From the NCBI GenBank assembly GCA_045586685.1, contig JAZNAU010000045.1, forward strand, positions 1 through 48,449: DNA of 48,449 nt. The letters are read 5' to 3'. The notes beneath the pieces were generated by a model. That model ran no database searches, was not told where the DNA came from, and saw nothing but the letters and a program-made list of their open reading frames with translations. The position numbers and the translations under genes were made by a program. This document shows positions 29,078 to 39,080 of the stretch, in pieces. Numbering within the stretch: position 1 is the stretch's first letter; each line of letters starts with the position of its first letter. Origin of the DNA: Clostridia bacterium. Its GTDB lineage: Bacteria > Bacillota > Clostridia > HGM11514.

Positions 29078-30736
29078 ATGGAAGAAAAAGTAATGCCATC
29101 TAATTTTATTCATAATATGATTGATCAGGATAACGAAAGCGGTTATTACGGAAACCGTGTGCACACTCGTTTTCCGCCGGAGCCTAATGGTTATTTGCAT
29201 ATCGGCCATGCAAAGTCAATCTGCTTAAATTTTGGTACAGCAAAAAAATACGGTGGGAAATGCAATTTGCGTTTTGATGATACCAACCCTGTGAAAGAAG
29301 ACACGGAATATGTAGATTCTATTACCGAGGATGTGGCATGGTTAGGTTTTCAATGGGACGGCGAGGTACTGTTTGCCTCCTCTTATTTTGATACGATGTA
29401 TGACTGTGCGGTAAAACTGATTAAAAAGGGAAAGGCCTATGTGTGTGACCTGTCTGCTGAGGAAACCAGAGCCTATCGGGGCACTCTGACAGAACCGGGT
29501 AAAAAAAGCCCCTATGCCTCCAGAACGGTAGAAGAAAATCTTGACTTATTTGAACGGATGAAGGCAGGAGAATTTGCCGACGGAGAAAAGGTGCTTCGTG
29601 CCAATATTGACATGGCATCTCCCAATATGAATATGCGTGATCCTGTTATTTATCGGATCGCCCATGCCTCTCACCATAAAACAGGCGATGCGTGGTGCAT
29701 TTATCCCATGTATGATTTTGCTCATCCTATTGAAGATGCAGTAGAAGGGATTACTCACTCTATCTGTACTTTGGAATTTGAGGACCACCGCCCCCTTTAT
29801 GATTGGGTGTTGCGGGAGTGTGGATTTGAAAATCCTCCCAAACAGATTGAATTTGCAAGACTGGAACTGACCAACAATGTGATGAGTAAGCGAAAGCTGA
29901 AAATGTTGGTGGATGAAAAGATTGTAGATGGATGGGACGACCCCCGTATGCCTACTGTGTCGGGCCTCAGACGAAGAGGCTATACTCCTGAGGCGGTCAG
30001 AACGTTTTGTGAAACCATAGGGGTTTCCAAAAGTAAGAGCAAAGTGGATTATGCCCTCTTGGAGCATTGCGTCCGGGAAGATTTAAAATTAAAATATCCT
30101 CGTATTATGGCGGTGGAAAAACCCATTAAGCTGATTATTACCAATTACCCTGAAGGTCAGAGTGAAATGGTTTCCATCGAAAACAATCAGGAAAATGAGG
30201 AGCTTGGAATCCGTCAGGTGAAATTTGAGCGGGAGATGTATATTGACAGCAAGGATTTTATGGAGGAACCTCCTAAGAAATATTACCGTCTGTATCCCGG
30301 CAATGATGTCCGTCTGAAAGGTGCTTATGTGATTCATTGTGATGATTATAAGAAAAACGAAAACGGTGAAATTGAAGAAATCTATTGTTCTTATTATCCC
30401 GGTACCCGATCGGGTCAGGAAAATGCAGATATGAAAGTAAAAGGGGTTATTCAATGGGTTCCTGCCTCTGATGCGATAGAAGCGGAATTTCGTTTATATG
30501 ACCATTTATTCTTAGAACCTGAACAGGCAACAGAGGAAAATCTGCTGGAAAAGGACGGCTTGTTGTTAAACCGCTATTCTTTGGAAATCACCAAAGGCTA
30601 TGTGGAAAAATATGCGGTAGAGGGTGAGTTTGACCGATTCCAATTTATTCGTAACGGTTACTTTTTCTTTGACAAAAAGGCAGAGGGTTGCGTGTTTAAC
30701 CGCATTGTTTCCCTGAAGAGTTCCTTTAAGATTTGA
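29078..30736 (+). CDS. glnS: Glutamine-tRNA ligase
   Basis: [33 protein letters not shown]. Confidence 0.97.
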   Translation: MEEKVMPSNFIHNMIDQDNESGYYGNRVHTRFPPEPNGYLHIGHAKSICLNFGTAKKYGGKCNLRFDDTNPVKEDTEYVDSITEDVAWLGFQWDGEVLFASSYFDTMYDCAVKLIKKGKAYVCDLSAEETRAYRGTLTEPGKKSPYASRTVEENLDLFERMKAGEFADGEKVLRANIDMASPNMNMRDPVIYRIAHASHHKTGDAWCIYPMYDFAHPIEDAVEGITHSICTLEFEDHRPLYDWVLRECGFENPPKQIEFARLELTNNVMSKRKLKMLVDEKIVDGWDDPRMPTVSGLRRRGYTPEAVRTFCETIGVSKSKSKVDYALLEHCVREDLKLKYPRIMAVEKPIKLIITNYPEGQSEMVSIENNQENEELGIRQVKFEREMYIDSKDFMEEPPKKYYRLYPGNDVRLKGAYVIHCDDYKKNENGEIEEIYCSYYPGTRSGQENADMKVKGVIQWVPASDAIEAEFRLYDHLFLEPEQATEENLLEKDGLLLNRYSLEITKGYVEKYAVEGEFDRFQFIRNGYFFFDKKAEGCVFNRIVSLKSSFKI

Positions 30737-30746
30737 GGGCAGACCC

Positions 30747-31379
30747 ATGAGAATGAGAAGAAAGCGTCACCGTGAAGAGCGAATGGAAGCCTGCGGTGCA
30801 TTGATGATTACAGAGCTTCCCCAGGGGGGATGGCGGGAGATTTTCGGAAATGACAATCCCGTGCATATTGAAATCGGATGCGGAAAAGGAAAATTTGTAA
30901 CAGAAATGGCTGAACTTCACCCACAAATCAATTTTATTGCGGTGGAAAAATGTCTGGATGTGCTTGTTCTGGCAATGGAACGAGCAAAAAATACAGAGTT
31001 GACCAATGTACGGTTTGTGGGAGGAGATGTTCTTACATTAGCAGAATGGTTTCCCGAAGGAACAGGAGAACGGATTTATCTGAATTTCAGTGACCCCTGG
31101 CCAAAAAAAGGAACAGCCAAACGACGGCTGACGGCAGAGGGATTTTTGAATCTGTATCGCAAAATCCTGAAACAGTCGGGCGGAATCTGGATGAAGACGG
31201 ACAACCGAAATTTGTTTGAATTTTCTATTACCAGCTTTGAACAAAATGGCTTTTTATTAAAAAATGTATGCTACGACCTGCATAACAGCGATTTTCAAGG
31301 AAATGTAATGACCGAGTATGAAACGCGTTTTGCAGAACAGGGAATGCCGATTCATCGGCTGGAAGCATATATCAAATAA
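30747..31379 (+). CDS. trmB: tRNA (guanine-N7)-methyltransferase
   Basis: [29 protein letters not shown]. Confidence 0.97.
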   Translation: MRMRRKRHREERMEACGALMITELPQGGWREIFGNDNPVHIEIGCGKGKFVTEMAELHPQINFIAVEKCLDVLVLAMERAKNTELTNVRFVGGDVLTLAEWFPEGTGERIYLNFSDPWPKKGTAKRRLTAEGFLNLYRKILKQSGGIWMKTDNRNLFEFSITSFEQNGFLLKNVCYDLHNSDFQGNVMTEYETRFAEQGMPIHRLEAYIK

Positions 31380-31405
31380 ATGTTACTACAAAGGAGATAA
31401 GAAAT

Positions 31406-32620
31406 ATGTATGAAGCAGTATTAAAATCCGACCCTCAGGTAGCACAAGCTATTCTGGCGGAAGAAAAAAGACAGCACAGTAAAATTGAACTGATTGCATC
31501 AGAAAATTTTGTCAGTGAAGCGGTTATGCAGGCAATGGGTTCTGTATTGACCAATAAGTACGCAGAAGGATATCCGGGCAAGCGGTACTATGGCGGATGC
31601 GAATGTGTTGACGTAGTAGAAGATTTGGCTAGGGACAGAGCAAAGGAACTGTTCGGTGCAGAGCATGCAAATGTACAGCCTCACTCCGGCGCACAAGCTA
31701 ATATGGCAGTATTTTTTGGATTTTTAAAGCCCGGAGATACTGTAATGGGCATGAGCTTGGCACATGGAGGCCACTTAACCCACGGAAGTCCTGTTAATAT
31801 GTCCGGCAATTATTTTAATATTGTTCCCTACGGGGTCAGCGATGACGACCATCGGATTGATTATGATGAAGTAGAACGGATTGCTTTGGAATGTAAGCCG
31901 AAGATGATTGTAGCAGGCGCCAGTGCTTATCCCAGAACGATTGATTTTGAACGGTTCAGTGCCATTGCAAAAAAGGTTGGCGCATATTTAATGGTAGATA
32001 TGGCACATATTGCAGGTCTGGTTGCAACCGGTTTGCATCCATCCCCCGTTCCTTTTGCCGATTTTGTTACCACTACCACTCACAAAACCCTTCGCGGTCC
32101 CAGAGGCGGTATGATCTTGTGTCGTGAAGAATATGCCAAGCAGATTGATAAGGCAATCTTCCCCGGTATTCAAGGGGGACCTCTGATGCATGTTATCGCA
32201 GCAAAAGCGGTGGCTTTAGGTGAAGCGCTTTCCCCCGCCTTTAAGGAATATCAGACTCAGATTTTGAAAAATGCCTCTGTGCTGGCAGAAGAACTTCAAA
32301 AGTACGGCTTTACTCTTGTTTCCGGCGGTACCGATAATCATTTGATGTTGGTAGATGTTAGAAGCAAAAATGTAACCGGTAAGGAAGCAGAGCATATGTT
32401 GGATGAAATTGGAATTACTGCCAATAAAAATACCATTCCAAACGATCCTCAAAGCCCCTTTGTTACCAGCGGATTACGTCTTGGTACTCCAGCTGTTACC
32501 AGCCGTGGTATGAAAGAGGATGATATGAAAGAAATTGCGGCAATTATCAATCTGACCTTGAGCAATTTTGAGCAAAATAAGGAAGAAGCTGCAAGACGTG
32601 TGCAAGCTCTTTGCAGATAA
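31406..32620 (+). CDS. glyA: Serine hydroxymethyltransferase
   Basis: [36 protein letters not shown]. Confidence 0.99.
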   Translation: MYEAVLKSDPQVAQAILAEEKRQHSKIELIASENFVSEAVMQAMGSVLTNKYAEGYPGKRYYGGCECVDVVEDLARDRAKELFGAEHANVQPHSGAQANMAVFFGFLKPGDTVMGMSLAHGGHLTHGSPVNMSGNYFNIVPYGVSDDDHRIDYDEVERIALECKPKMIVAGASAYPRTIDFERFSAIAKKVGAYLMVDMAHIAGLVATGLHPSPVPFADFVTTTTHKTLRGPRGGMILCREEYAKQIDKAIFPGIQGGPLMHVIAAKAVALGEALSPAFKEYQTQILKNASVLAEELQKYGFTLVSGGTDNHLMLVDVRSKNVTGKEAEHMLDEIGITANKNTIPNDPQSPFVTSGLRLGTPAVTSRGMKEDDMKEIAAIINLTLSNFEQNKEEAARRVQALCR

Positions 32621-32707
32621 TCAAGTTGTCTCTTTCAAGCTTTTTTCGTCCACCCTGAAAGGTAAAGGGTGGACGATTGCTTGTATGATGAAAGGAGGGA
32701 TTGTCTC

Positions 32708-33991
32708 ATGTCCATGAGCCAGCCCTTGGCGGATCGAATAAGACCTAAAACTTTGGATGATGTGGTGGGGCAAATTCACCTTTTAGGAGAAGGAAAAATT
32801 TTGCGACGGCTGATGGAGTCGGGTAAAATTCCCAATATGATTTTTTACGGGCCGTCTGGTACAGGAAAAACAACCCTTGCCAACATTATTGCAGGTTTAA
32901 CCAACAAGAAATTTTATCGCTTAAATGCCACCACGGCGTCCGTTTCGGATATTAAAGCGATTGTTTCAGAGTTGGATACCTTTGAAGCAATGAACGGTGT
33001 GCTTTTGTATTTAGACGAAATTCAGAATTTTAATAAAAAGCAACAGCAATCCCTTTTGGAATTTATTGAAAGCGGAAAAATTACGCTTATATCCAGCACC
33101 ACGGAAAATCCTTATTTTTATGTATATAATGCAATTTTAAGCCGTTGCAGTGTGTTTGAATTTCAAATGGTTCCACCTGAGGAAATTGCCCGCGCGGTAA
33201 AACGCGCGGTTTCCTGCTTAGCCGAGGAATTTCCTGAAAAAGAGGTACTGTTTTCTTCTGAAGCTGTGGAACATATTGCCCACAGTGCAGGCGGAGATGT
33301 GAGAAAGGCGTTAAATGCAGCTGAAATGAGTCTGCTTTCCGTTCTGGGGGCAGAGAAAAAGTGCGAGGTAACCTTAGAGGTTGCAGTAGAAGCCACTCAG
33401 AAAAAAGCCATGCGGTACGACCGTGACGGAGACAGCCATTATGATATTTTAAGTGCATTTCAAAAATCCTTACGGGGAAGCGATCCGGATGCGGCGATTC
33501 ATTATATGTCCAGACTGTTGGAGGCAGGAGATATGGCTTCTGTATGCCGTCGGATGCTGGTGACAGCAAGCGAGGATATCGGCCTTGCCTATCCCAACGC
33601 CATTGTGATTGTGAAATCCTGTGTGGATGCAGCGTTGATGTTAGGACTGCCAGAAGCACGGATTCCCCTTGCACAAGCGGTTATTTTGCTTGCAACGGCA
33701 CCAAAATCCAATTCTGCTGTCTGTGCGGTAGATGATGCCATGAATGATTTGAAAAACCGGGATACAGGAGAGATTCCCTCTCACTTAAGAGATGCTCATT
33801 ACAGTGGTTCGGAAAAACTGGGGCACGGAAAAGGGTACGTCTATCCTCATAACTACCCCAACCACTATTATCCTCAGCAATATTTACCCGATGCGATTAA
33901 AAATCGGGTATACTACCGACCCGGGCAAAATAAGTTTGAGGACGGATTGGTTAACTATTGGGAACAAATTAAACAAAGCAAAGAAAAATAA
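32708..33991 (+). CDS. rarA: Replication-associated recombination protein A (MgsA/RarA AAA+ ATPase)
   Basis: PLADRIRP, GPSGTGKTT, LDEI, KSLRGSDPDAA, ASEDIGLA; start moved to ATG 32708 (SD AGGAGG). Confidence 0.96.
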   Translation: MSMSQPLADRIRPKTLDDVVGQIHLLGEGKILRRLMESGKIPNMIFYGPSGTGKTTLANIIAGLTNKKFYRLNATTASVSDIKAIVSELDTFEAMNGVLLYLDEIQNFNKKQQQSLLEFIESGKITLISSTTENPYFYVYNAILSRCSVFEFQMVPPEEIARAVKRAVSCLAEEFPEKEVLFSSEAVEHIAHSAGGDVRKALNAAEMSLLSVLGAEKKCEVTLEVAVEATQKKAMRYDRDGDSHYDILSAFQKSLRGSDPDAAIHYMSRLLEAGDMASVCRRMLVTASEDIGLAYPNAIVIVKSCVDAALMLGLPEARIPLAQAVILLATAPKSNSAVCAVDDAMNDLKNRDTGEIPSHLRDAHYSGSEKLGHGKGYVYPHNYPNHYYPQQYLPDAIKNRVYYRPGQNKFEDGLVNYWEQIKQSKEK

Positions 33992-34094
33992 GAAGAAAAA
34001 AAATTGAAAATTAGAAGATTTTGTATTGACAATTAGAAAAAAAAGAGATATAATAGAAGAGACGTTAAAATACATTTAGAGAGGTGTAAGGAAA

Positions 34095-34697
34095 ATGAAA
34101 AATAGTAAATCGTGGAGTGCTGTTACGGTCATTATGGGAATTATAATGATTCTTTACATAGCAACTCTATTTTTGCCTCACATGGAGTACAGTGCGGCTG
34201 TCCGTGTCCCCACCGGTGTGGGTGATGAAATGGAATTAGTAATGCAAGAAAAGAGTATGAGTGTTCTGTCCTTTTTGGCATTCCCTGATTCCAGCAAAGC
34301 GTCTGCAATTAAAAACGGTATGCGGGAAGAATTTGGTGACACTGATTATACCATTAACGGTGCAACAACCGGTCCTGTTCTGTTATTGGTAATTGCGGTA
34401 TTAGGTGCAGTATGTGCATTTATAAAGAGTGATAAATTTATTGCATCTTTATTACCTATTGCTTGGTGTATTTACGGTCTGGTTGTATACTTTACAAACA
34501 CCTATATTAAATTAGGGGGTTTAGATTATATTATCCAGCTGAGTATTTTGATCGTTGTGGGTATCTTGGCATTGGTACTTGGTATTGTCCGTTTGCCCGC
34601 TGTTATTGCTGAACGGAAGAGAATCAGAATGGAAATCAGAATTACCAAGGAACGGGAAAGAGGCATGCAGGCCGCAAGAGAAGCTGCAGGAAAATAA
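34095..34697 (+). CDS. Hypothetical membrane protein (4 TM, basic C-terminal tail)
   Basis: Own TTGACA-17-TATAAT promoter (34026-34054) and terminator (about 34709-34740). Confidence 0.8.
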   Translation: MKNSKSWSAVTVIMGIIMILYIATLFLPHMEYSAAVRVPTGVGDEMELVMQEKSMSVLSFLAFPDSSKASAIKNGMREEFGDTDYTINGATTGPVLLLVIAVLGAVCAFIKSDKFIASLLPIAWCIYGLVVYFTNTYIKLGGLDYIIQLSILIVVGILALVLGIVRLPAVIAERKRIRMEIRITKERERGMQAAREAAGK

Positions 34698-34824
34698 GAA
34701 TAAAACAGAAAGCTGTACCGTTTATCGGTGCAGCTTTTTTGTTGCCCATATATTTCCGCTTGACGGGGAGGGGTCAATCCAGTATAATAATGAGAGGTCA
34801 GATTTTCAGCGAAAGGAGACAACG

Positions 34825-35991
34825 ATGAAAAAGGGCATCTCAATATGTTTACTATTTGCATTGTTATGTATGAGGTTTATCAGTGTACAAGCACAAGAAA
34901 GCTGGCTTTGGCCAACAGGAAAGGCTTACGGATACAGTTGTATTACGTCATCCTATGGGTATCGAACCTACAACAACAAAAATCACAACGGCATTGATTG
35001 TGCAGTTCCTCAAGGGACACAGGTTTTGGCAAGCAGAAGTGGAAGAGTTTTGGAATCTGCATCTGACGCCAGCCGTGGAAATTACATTGTCATTGACCAC
35101 GGTGACGGATACCAAACAGTTTATATGCATTTGTCCCAACGAAATATTTCCTCAGGGAGTCAGGTGTACAGAGGACAGGTGATAGGTCTTGCGGGAAAGA
35201 CGGGCTCTGCAAGCGGGGTTCATTTGCATTTTGAAATTAAGTACAACGGAAGTTATTACAATCCCAATCCCGCTGATTATCCCATTCAAGGTTCTGTTGT
35301 AAATGGAAAGAGAGGCACCATTTCCTATGCGTTTGACGTACAAGGAGGAATGGGTACAGTGGAATTTTCTAAAAACGGAATTACCAATCCCAATCAGATT
35401 CTCCAAAAGGGAAGCACAGGGGCAAGTGTAATGGAATTACAATACAGCTTAAATCTATTGATGGGAACGGATTTGAAGGTTGATGGAATTTACGGAACAG
35501 AAACAGTAAATGCGGTAAAACAATTCCAGTCTTATTACGGGCTGTCGGCAGACGGAATAGCCGGAGGAAATACAAACAATAAAATCAATGCATTACTAAG
35601 GGAAACCAAAAAAACCATAACATTACAGATTGGTGTTCCTGTTATGTGGGTAGATGGTGTGAGTCAGGAAATAGAAGCTGTGCCAATGAAGAAAAACGGC
35701 AGAACACTGCTTCCTATTCGTTCCGCGATGGAGGCATTTGGCGCCTCCGTTACTTGGAACGGAGCAGAAGAATCGGTTTCTATTTCCCTAAACGGAAACG
35801 AAGTCAAATTTTGGATAGGCAGTACTACCGCATACCGAAATGGTGAAAGACATCTTTTGGATGCGACTCCCGTCATTATCAATGGGCGAAGCTATCTTCC
35901 CGTCCGTTTTGTTGCGGAAAACGTAGGACTTACTGTAGATTGGAATGAAACGAATCAAACCGTTATCATTCAAGGAAATAGAGTTAAATAA
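34825..35991 (+). CDS. Secreted M23 peptidase with PG-binding and copper-amine-oxidase-N (stalk) domains
   Basis: HNGID, YMHLS, HLHFEI; DGIYG.ET..AVK.FQ...GL.ADGIAG; GRTLLPIR/GRSYLPVRFVAE; start ATG 34825 after AAGGAG. Confidence 0.92.
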   Translation: MKKGISICLLFALLCMRFISVQAQESWLWPTGKAYGYSCITSSYGYRTYNNKNHNGIDCAVPQGTQVLASRSGRVLESASDASRGNYIVIDHGDGYQTVYMHLSQRNISSGSQVYRGQVIGLAGKTGSASGVHLHFEIKYNGSYYNPNPADYPIQGSVVNGKRGTISYAFDVQGGMGTVEFSKNGITNPNQILQKGSTGASVMELQYSLNLLMGTDLKVDGIYGTETVNAVKQFQSYYGLSADGIAGGNTNNKINALLRETKKTITLQIGVPVMWVDGVSQEIEAVPMKKNGRTLLPIRSAMEAFGASVTWNGAEESVSISLNGNEVKFWIGSTTAYRNGERHLLDATPVIINGRSYLPVRFVAENVGLTVDWNETNQTVIIQGNRVK

Positions 35992-35995
35992 TAAA

Positions 35996-36039
35996 AAATG
36001 AACTCCTCTTTGTCAAACAGACAGGACGGGGTTCATTTT
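35996..36039. terminator. Bidirectional terminator between convergent genes
   Basis: AAAATGAACTCC...GGGGTTCATTTT. Confidence 0.65.
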
Positions 36040-36063
36040 GCTACAAATCTCTTTTTTCAACAC

Positions 36064-36834
36064 TTAACGTACTATTCTCTCCACTGACGTTGTTTTTCCT
36101 GTAGCAGGGTCAACAGTAAAGAGGGCACCTCTCAGCTCTGTTTCTCCTTCTGCTTCCACATAACGGTGATGTACCCGATTGACAAACCGTTCTACTGCAA
36201 CAGACACGTCCATACCCAGCACAGAATGAACCACTCCTGTCATGCCAATGTCTGTTATATACCCTGTTCCTTTGGGCAAAATCCGTTCATCTGCCGTTTG
36301 AATATGAGTGTGAGTTCCAAACACCGCGCTCACAGACCCATCCAAATAATTTGCCAATGCGAGCTTTTCGCTGGTTGCCTCTGCATGAAAATCCACCACA
36401 ATAACGTTACATTCCTTCTTTAATTCTTTTACAAGCTGTTCTCCAACACGGAAGGGACAATCAAGAGGCTCCATGCCGACCCGACCCATCAGATTGATCA
36501 CACCGACTCGGTACCGCCCTAAATCTACCACAATCGCACCTTTTCCGTACACAGAGGGAGGGTAATTGGCAGGTCGGATGATGGATAAATTATCATCAAA
36601 CATACCCACAATTTCCCGATTTCCCCATACATGATTACCGGTGGTAATTACATCTGCTCCGTTTTCTATTAGTAAATCGTAATCTGATCTTCGAATTCCG
36701 TTTCCTCCTGCCGTATTTTCACCATTTACAATACAAAGGTCTGCTTCTGTTTCCCGTTTTAGCTTTCTCAGATGCCGTTCTATGCACTCTCTTCCCGGTT
36801 TGGCTACCACATCTCCAATTACAAGAATTTTCAC
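36064..36834 (-). CDS. ymdB: YmdB-like metallophosphoesterase (TIGR00282)
   Basis: GDVV, VNGEN, TTGNH, DFHAEATSEK, GTHTH, YITDIGMTG; follows rny. Confidence 0.95.
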   Translation of the reverse strand: MKILVIGDVVAKPGRECIERHLRKLKRETEADLCIVNGENTAGGNGIRRSDYDLLIENGADVITTGNHVWGNREIVGMFDDNLSIIRPANYPPSVYGKGAIVVDLGRYRVGVINLMGRVGMEPLDCPFRVGEQLVKELKKECNVIVVDFHAEATSEKLALANYLDGSVSAVFGTHTHIQTADERILPKGTGYITDIGMTGVVHSVLGMDVSVAVERFVNRVHHRYVEAEGETELRGALFTVDPATGKTTSVERIVR

Positions 36835-36910
36835 GTTAAGCCCCTTTCTAAGCCTTATGAAACATCACGGGCGGCATTACTGCCGCCCGGTCACATTCTT
36901 ATCTGCTCTA

Positions 36911-38467
36911 TTATTTTGCATAATCAATCGCTCTGGTTTCGCGAATCACGTTTACCTTAATCTGTCCCGGATATTCCATTGACCGTTCAATTTCCTTTAC
37001 AATGTCACGAGCAATCACAATCATATTTTCATCATTTACATCGTCAGGTTTCACCATGATTCTGATTTCACGTCCTGCCTGAATCGCAAAAGAACGTTCT
37101 ACTCCGTTGAAAGAGTTAGCGATTTCCTCTAACTGTTCTAACCGTTTGATATAGGTTTCCAGATTTTCACGCCGTGCACCAGGTCTTGCCGCCGAAATAG
37201 CATCCGCTGCCTGAACGAGGCAAGCGACTAATGTGGTTGCTTCGACATCACCATGATGCGCCATAATAGCATGAATAATTTCCTTGCTTTCGCCATATTT
37301 CTTTGCCAGATCTGCACCGATTGTAACGTGAGACCCTTCAATTTCATGGTCAACAGATTTTCCAATATCATGGAGCAAACCTGCACGTTTTGCCTGAGCT
37401 ACATCCGCGCCCAACTCTCCTGCCATAATAGCAGCCAGATGGGCAACTTCAATAGAGTGCTTTAATACATTCTGACCATAGCTGGTTCTAAAGCACATTT
37501 TACCAAGCAATCTGACCAATTCAGGATGAAGACCATGCACCCCTGTTTCAAAGGTTGCCTGCTCACCCTCGTTTTTAATTTTTGTTTCTACTTCTTTCTT
37601 TGCCCGCTCTACAGACTCTTCAATTCTAGCGGGATGGATTCTACCGTCAGAAATCAGTTTTTCAAGGGCAATTCGGGCAACTTCCCTGCGAACCGGATCA
37701 AAGCCGGACAGAATAACCGCCTCTGGAGTATCGTCAATAATCAAATCAACACCAGTCAAAGTTTCCAAGGAACGGATGTTTCTTCCCTCACGACCGATAA
37801 TTCTGCCCTTCATTTCATCATTAGGCAAAGGAACTACCGATACGGTGGTTTCGGTTACATGATCTGCAGCACATTTCTGAATGGCCATACCAATAATATT
37901 TTTGGCATTTTTTTCAGCCTCATCCTTGGCACGCATTTCCACGTCTTTAATCATAATTGCCATTTCATGCTTTACTTCATTTTCTGCATTCTTTAACAGC
38001 AATTCTTTTGCTTCCTGAACAGACATTCCTGCAACCTTTTCCAATTCGACTAACTCTTTTTCATAAAGTTCCTGAGTCTTGACTTTTAACTGTTCAATTT
38101 CTTTTTCCTTCTGAGCTATGGCAGTTTCTTTTTTCTCCATTGTCTCAGATTTTTTATCCAACTGCTCTTCTTTTTGTTGAATTCGTCTTTCCTGGCGGGT
38201 TATCTCATTCCGCCGTTCTTTTATTTCCTTATCACATTCGCTGCGCAGTCTGTGGCTTTCTTCTTTTGCCTCCAACAATACTTCGCGTTTTTTGCTTTCA
38301 GCAGATTTATAAGCATCATTCAAAACAGCTTTTGCTTGCTCTTCCGCACTACCTAACTCTGCCTCGGCAACTTTTTTACGATATGTAATTCCCAGACAAA
38401 AACCAATAACAAACAACACTACCGCAGCTACAACTGCACCAATAAGGATACCTATTTGACTCATCAA
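36911..38467 (-). CDS. rny: Ribonuclease Y
   Basis: N-terminal TM, coiled coil, KH ([13 protein letters not shown]), HD domain (GLLHDIGK). Confidence 0.98.
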   Translation of the reverse strand: MMSQIGILIGAVVAAVVLFVIGFCLGITYRKKVAEAELGSAEEQAKAVLNDAYKSAESKKREVLLEAKEESHRLRSECDKEIKERRNEITRQERRIQQKEEQLDKKSETMEKKETAIAQKEKEIEQLKVKTQELYEKELVELEKVAGMSVQEAKELLLKNAENEVKHEMAIMIKDVEMRAKDEAEKNAKNIIGMAIQKCAADHVTETTVSVVPLPNDEMKGRIIGREGRNIRSLETLTGVDLIIDDTPEAVILSGFDPVRREVARIALEKLISDGRIHPARIEESVERAKKEVETKIKNEGEQATFETGVHGLHPELVRLLGKMCFRTSYGQNVLKHSIEVAHLAAIMAGELGADVAQAKRAGLLHDIGKSVDHEIEGSHVTIGADLAKKYGESKEIIHAIMAHHGDVEATTLVACLVQAADAISAARPGARRENLETYIKRLEQLEEIANSFNGVERSFAIQAGREIRIMVKPDDVNDENMIVIARDIVKEIERSMEYPGQIKVNVIRETRAIDYAK

Positions 38468-38469
38468 CC

Positions 38470-38776
38470 AAACACCTCCTTACGTTTTGTTTTGGGTTGC
38501 CGTAAGCATCAAAAAAAACGCTCCGGAAACCGCTGTTTATACCGTTATACATTGTTAGTATCCCGAGACCGGTACACATACCGGTTTCAATGGCGGTTAA
38601 CATCCGAAAGCGCTTATACTATTTTTCACTTGTCCCATAAACAAATGATCATTGTATTTTCAATAAATATCACTCAAACGGAAAACTTCCGTATAGATTC
38701 TTTTACCGAAAGCAAAGGCTTTCTTCTATCACATCGCTCCCAACCACAAGAGCTTCGCCATAATAAACAAGAATAC
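38470..38776 (-). ncRNA. Long structured 5' leader of rny
   Basis: About 310 nt between a TTGACA-17-TACAAT promoter (38811-38783) and the start; several hairpins and a U8 tract. Confidence 0.5.
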
Positions 38777-38866
38777 AATATAATTGTAATACAAAAATGA
38801 CTATCTGTCAAGAGGTTTTGATGATGTAATCTATTTTTAACATAAGCTTTTCGTTTCGTTGATCGA

Positions 38867-39022
38867 GGCATAGGCTTTTCTTTGTCCAGCCTCCAGCCCC
38901 TCTCGACCACTCACTTAAGCAGCTCCGTTAAGCACAAAACAGAAAACACAAAAACCGTGTTTTCTTGGTTTCGCGCTTGTACTTACGGCTTAAGCTTCAT
39001 TGTTCAGGGCATAGGCTTTTCT
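38867..39022. repeat. Small structured element bounded by 15-bp direct repeats
   Basis: GGCATAGGCTTTTCT at 38867-38881 and 39008-39022; internal AGAAAACAC/GTGTTTTCT hairpin. Confidence 0.7.
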
Positions 39023-39026
39023 GTAT

Positions 39027-39060
39027 AAAAAAGAACCGACGCTAATGCGCCGGTTCTTTT
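39027..39060 (-). terminator. S-layer gene terminator
   Basis: AAAAGAACCG...CGGTTCTTTT with U-tract on the minus strand. Confidence 0.75.
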
Positions 39061-39080
39061 ATTTAACTGTGATTCAGTTA

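Noticed and set aside
34555-34824. N-terminal extension of the M23 peptidase ORF
   Set aside because: It overlaps the upstream gene, its terminator and the promoter; the SD and signal peptide support ATG 34825.
38470-38776. 6S RNA upstream of rny
   Set aside because: The synteny would fit, but I see multiple short hairpins rather than a long rod with a central bulge; not called without a covariance-model search.
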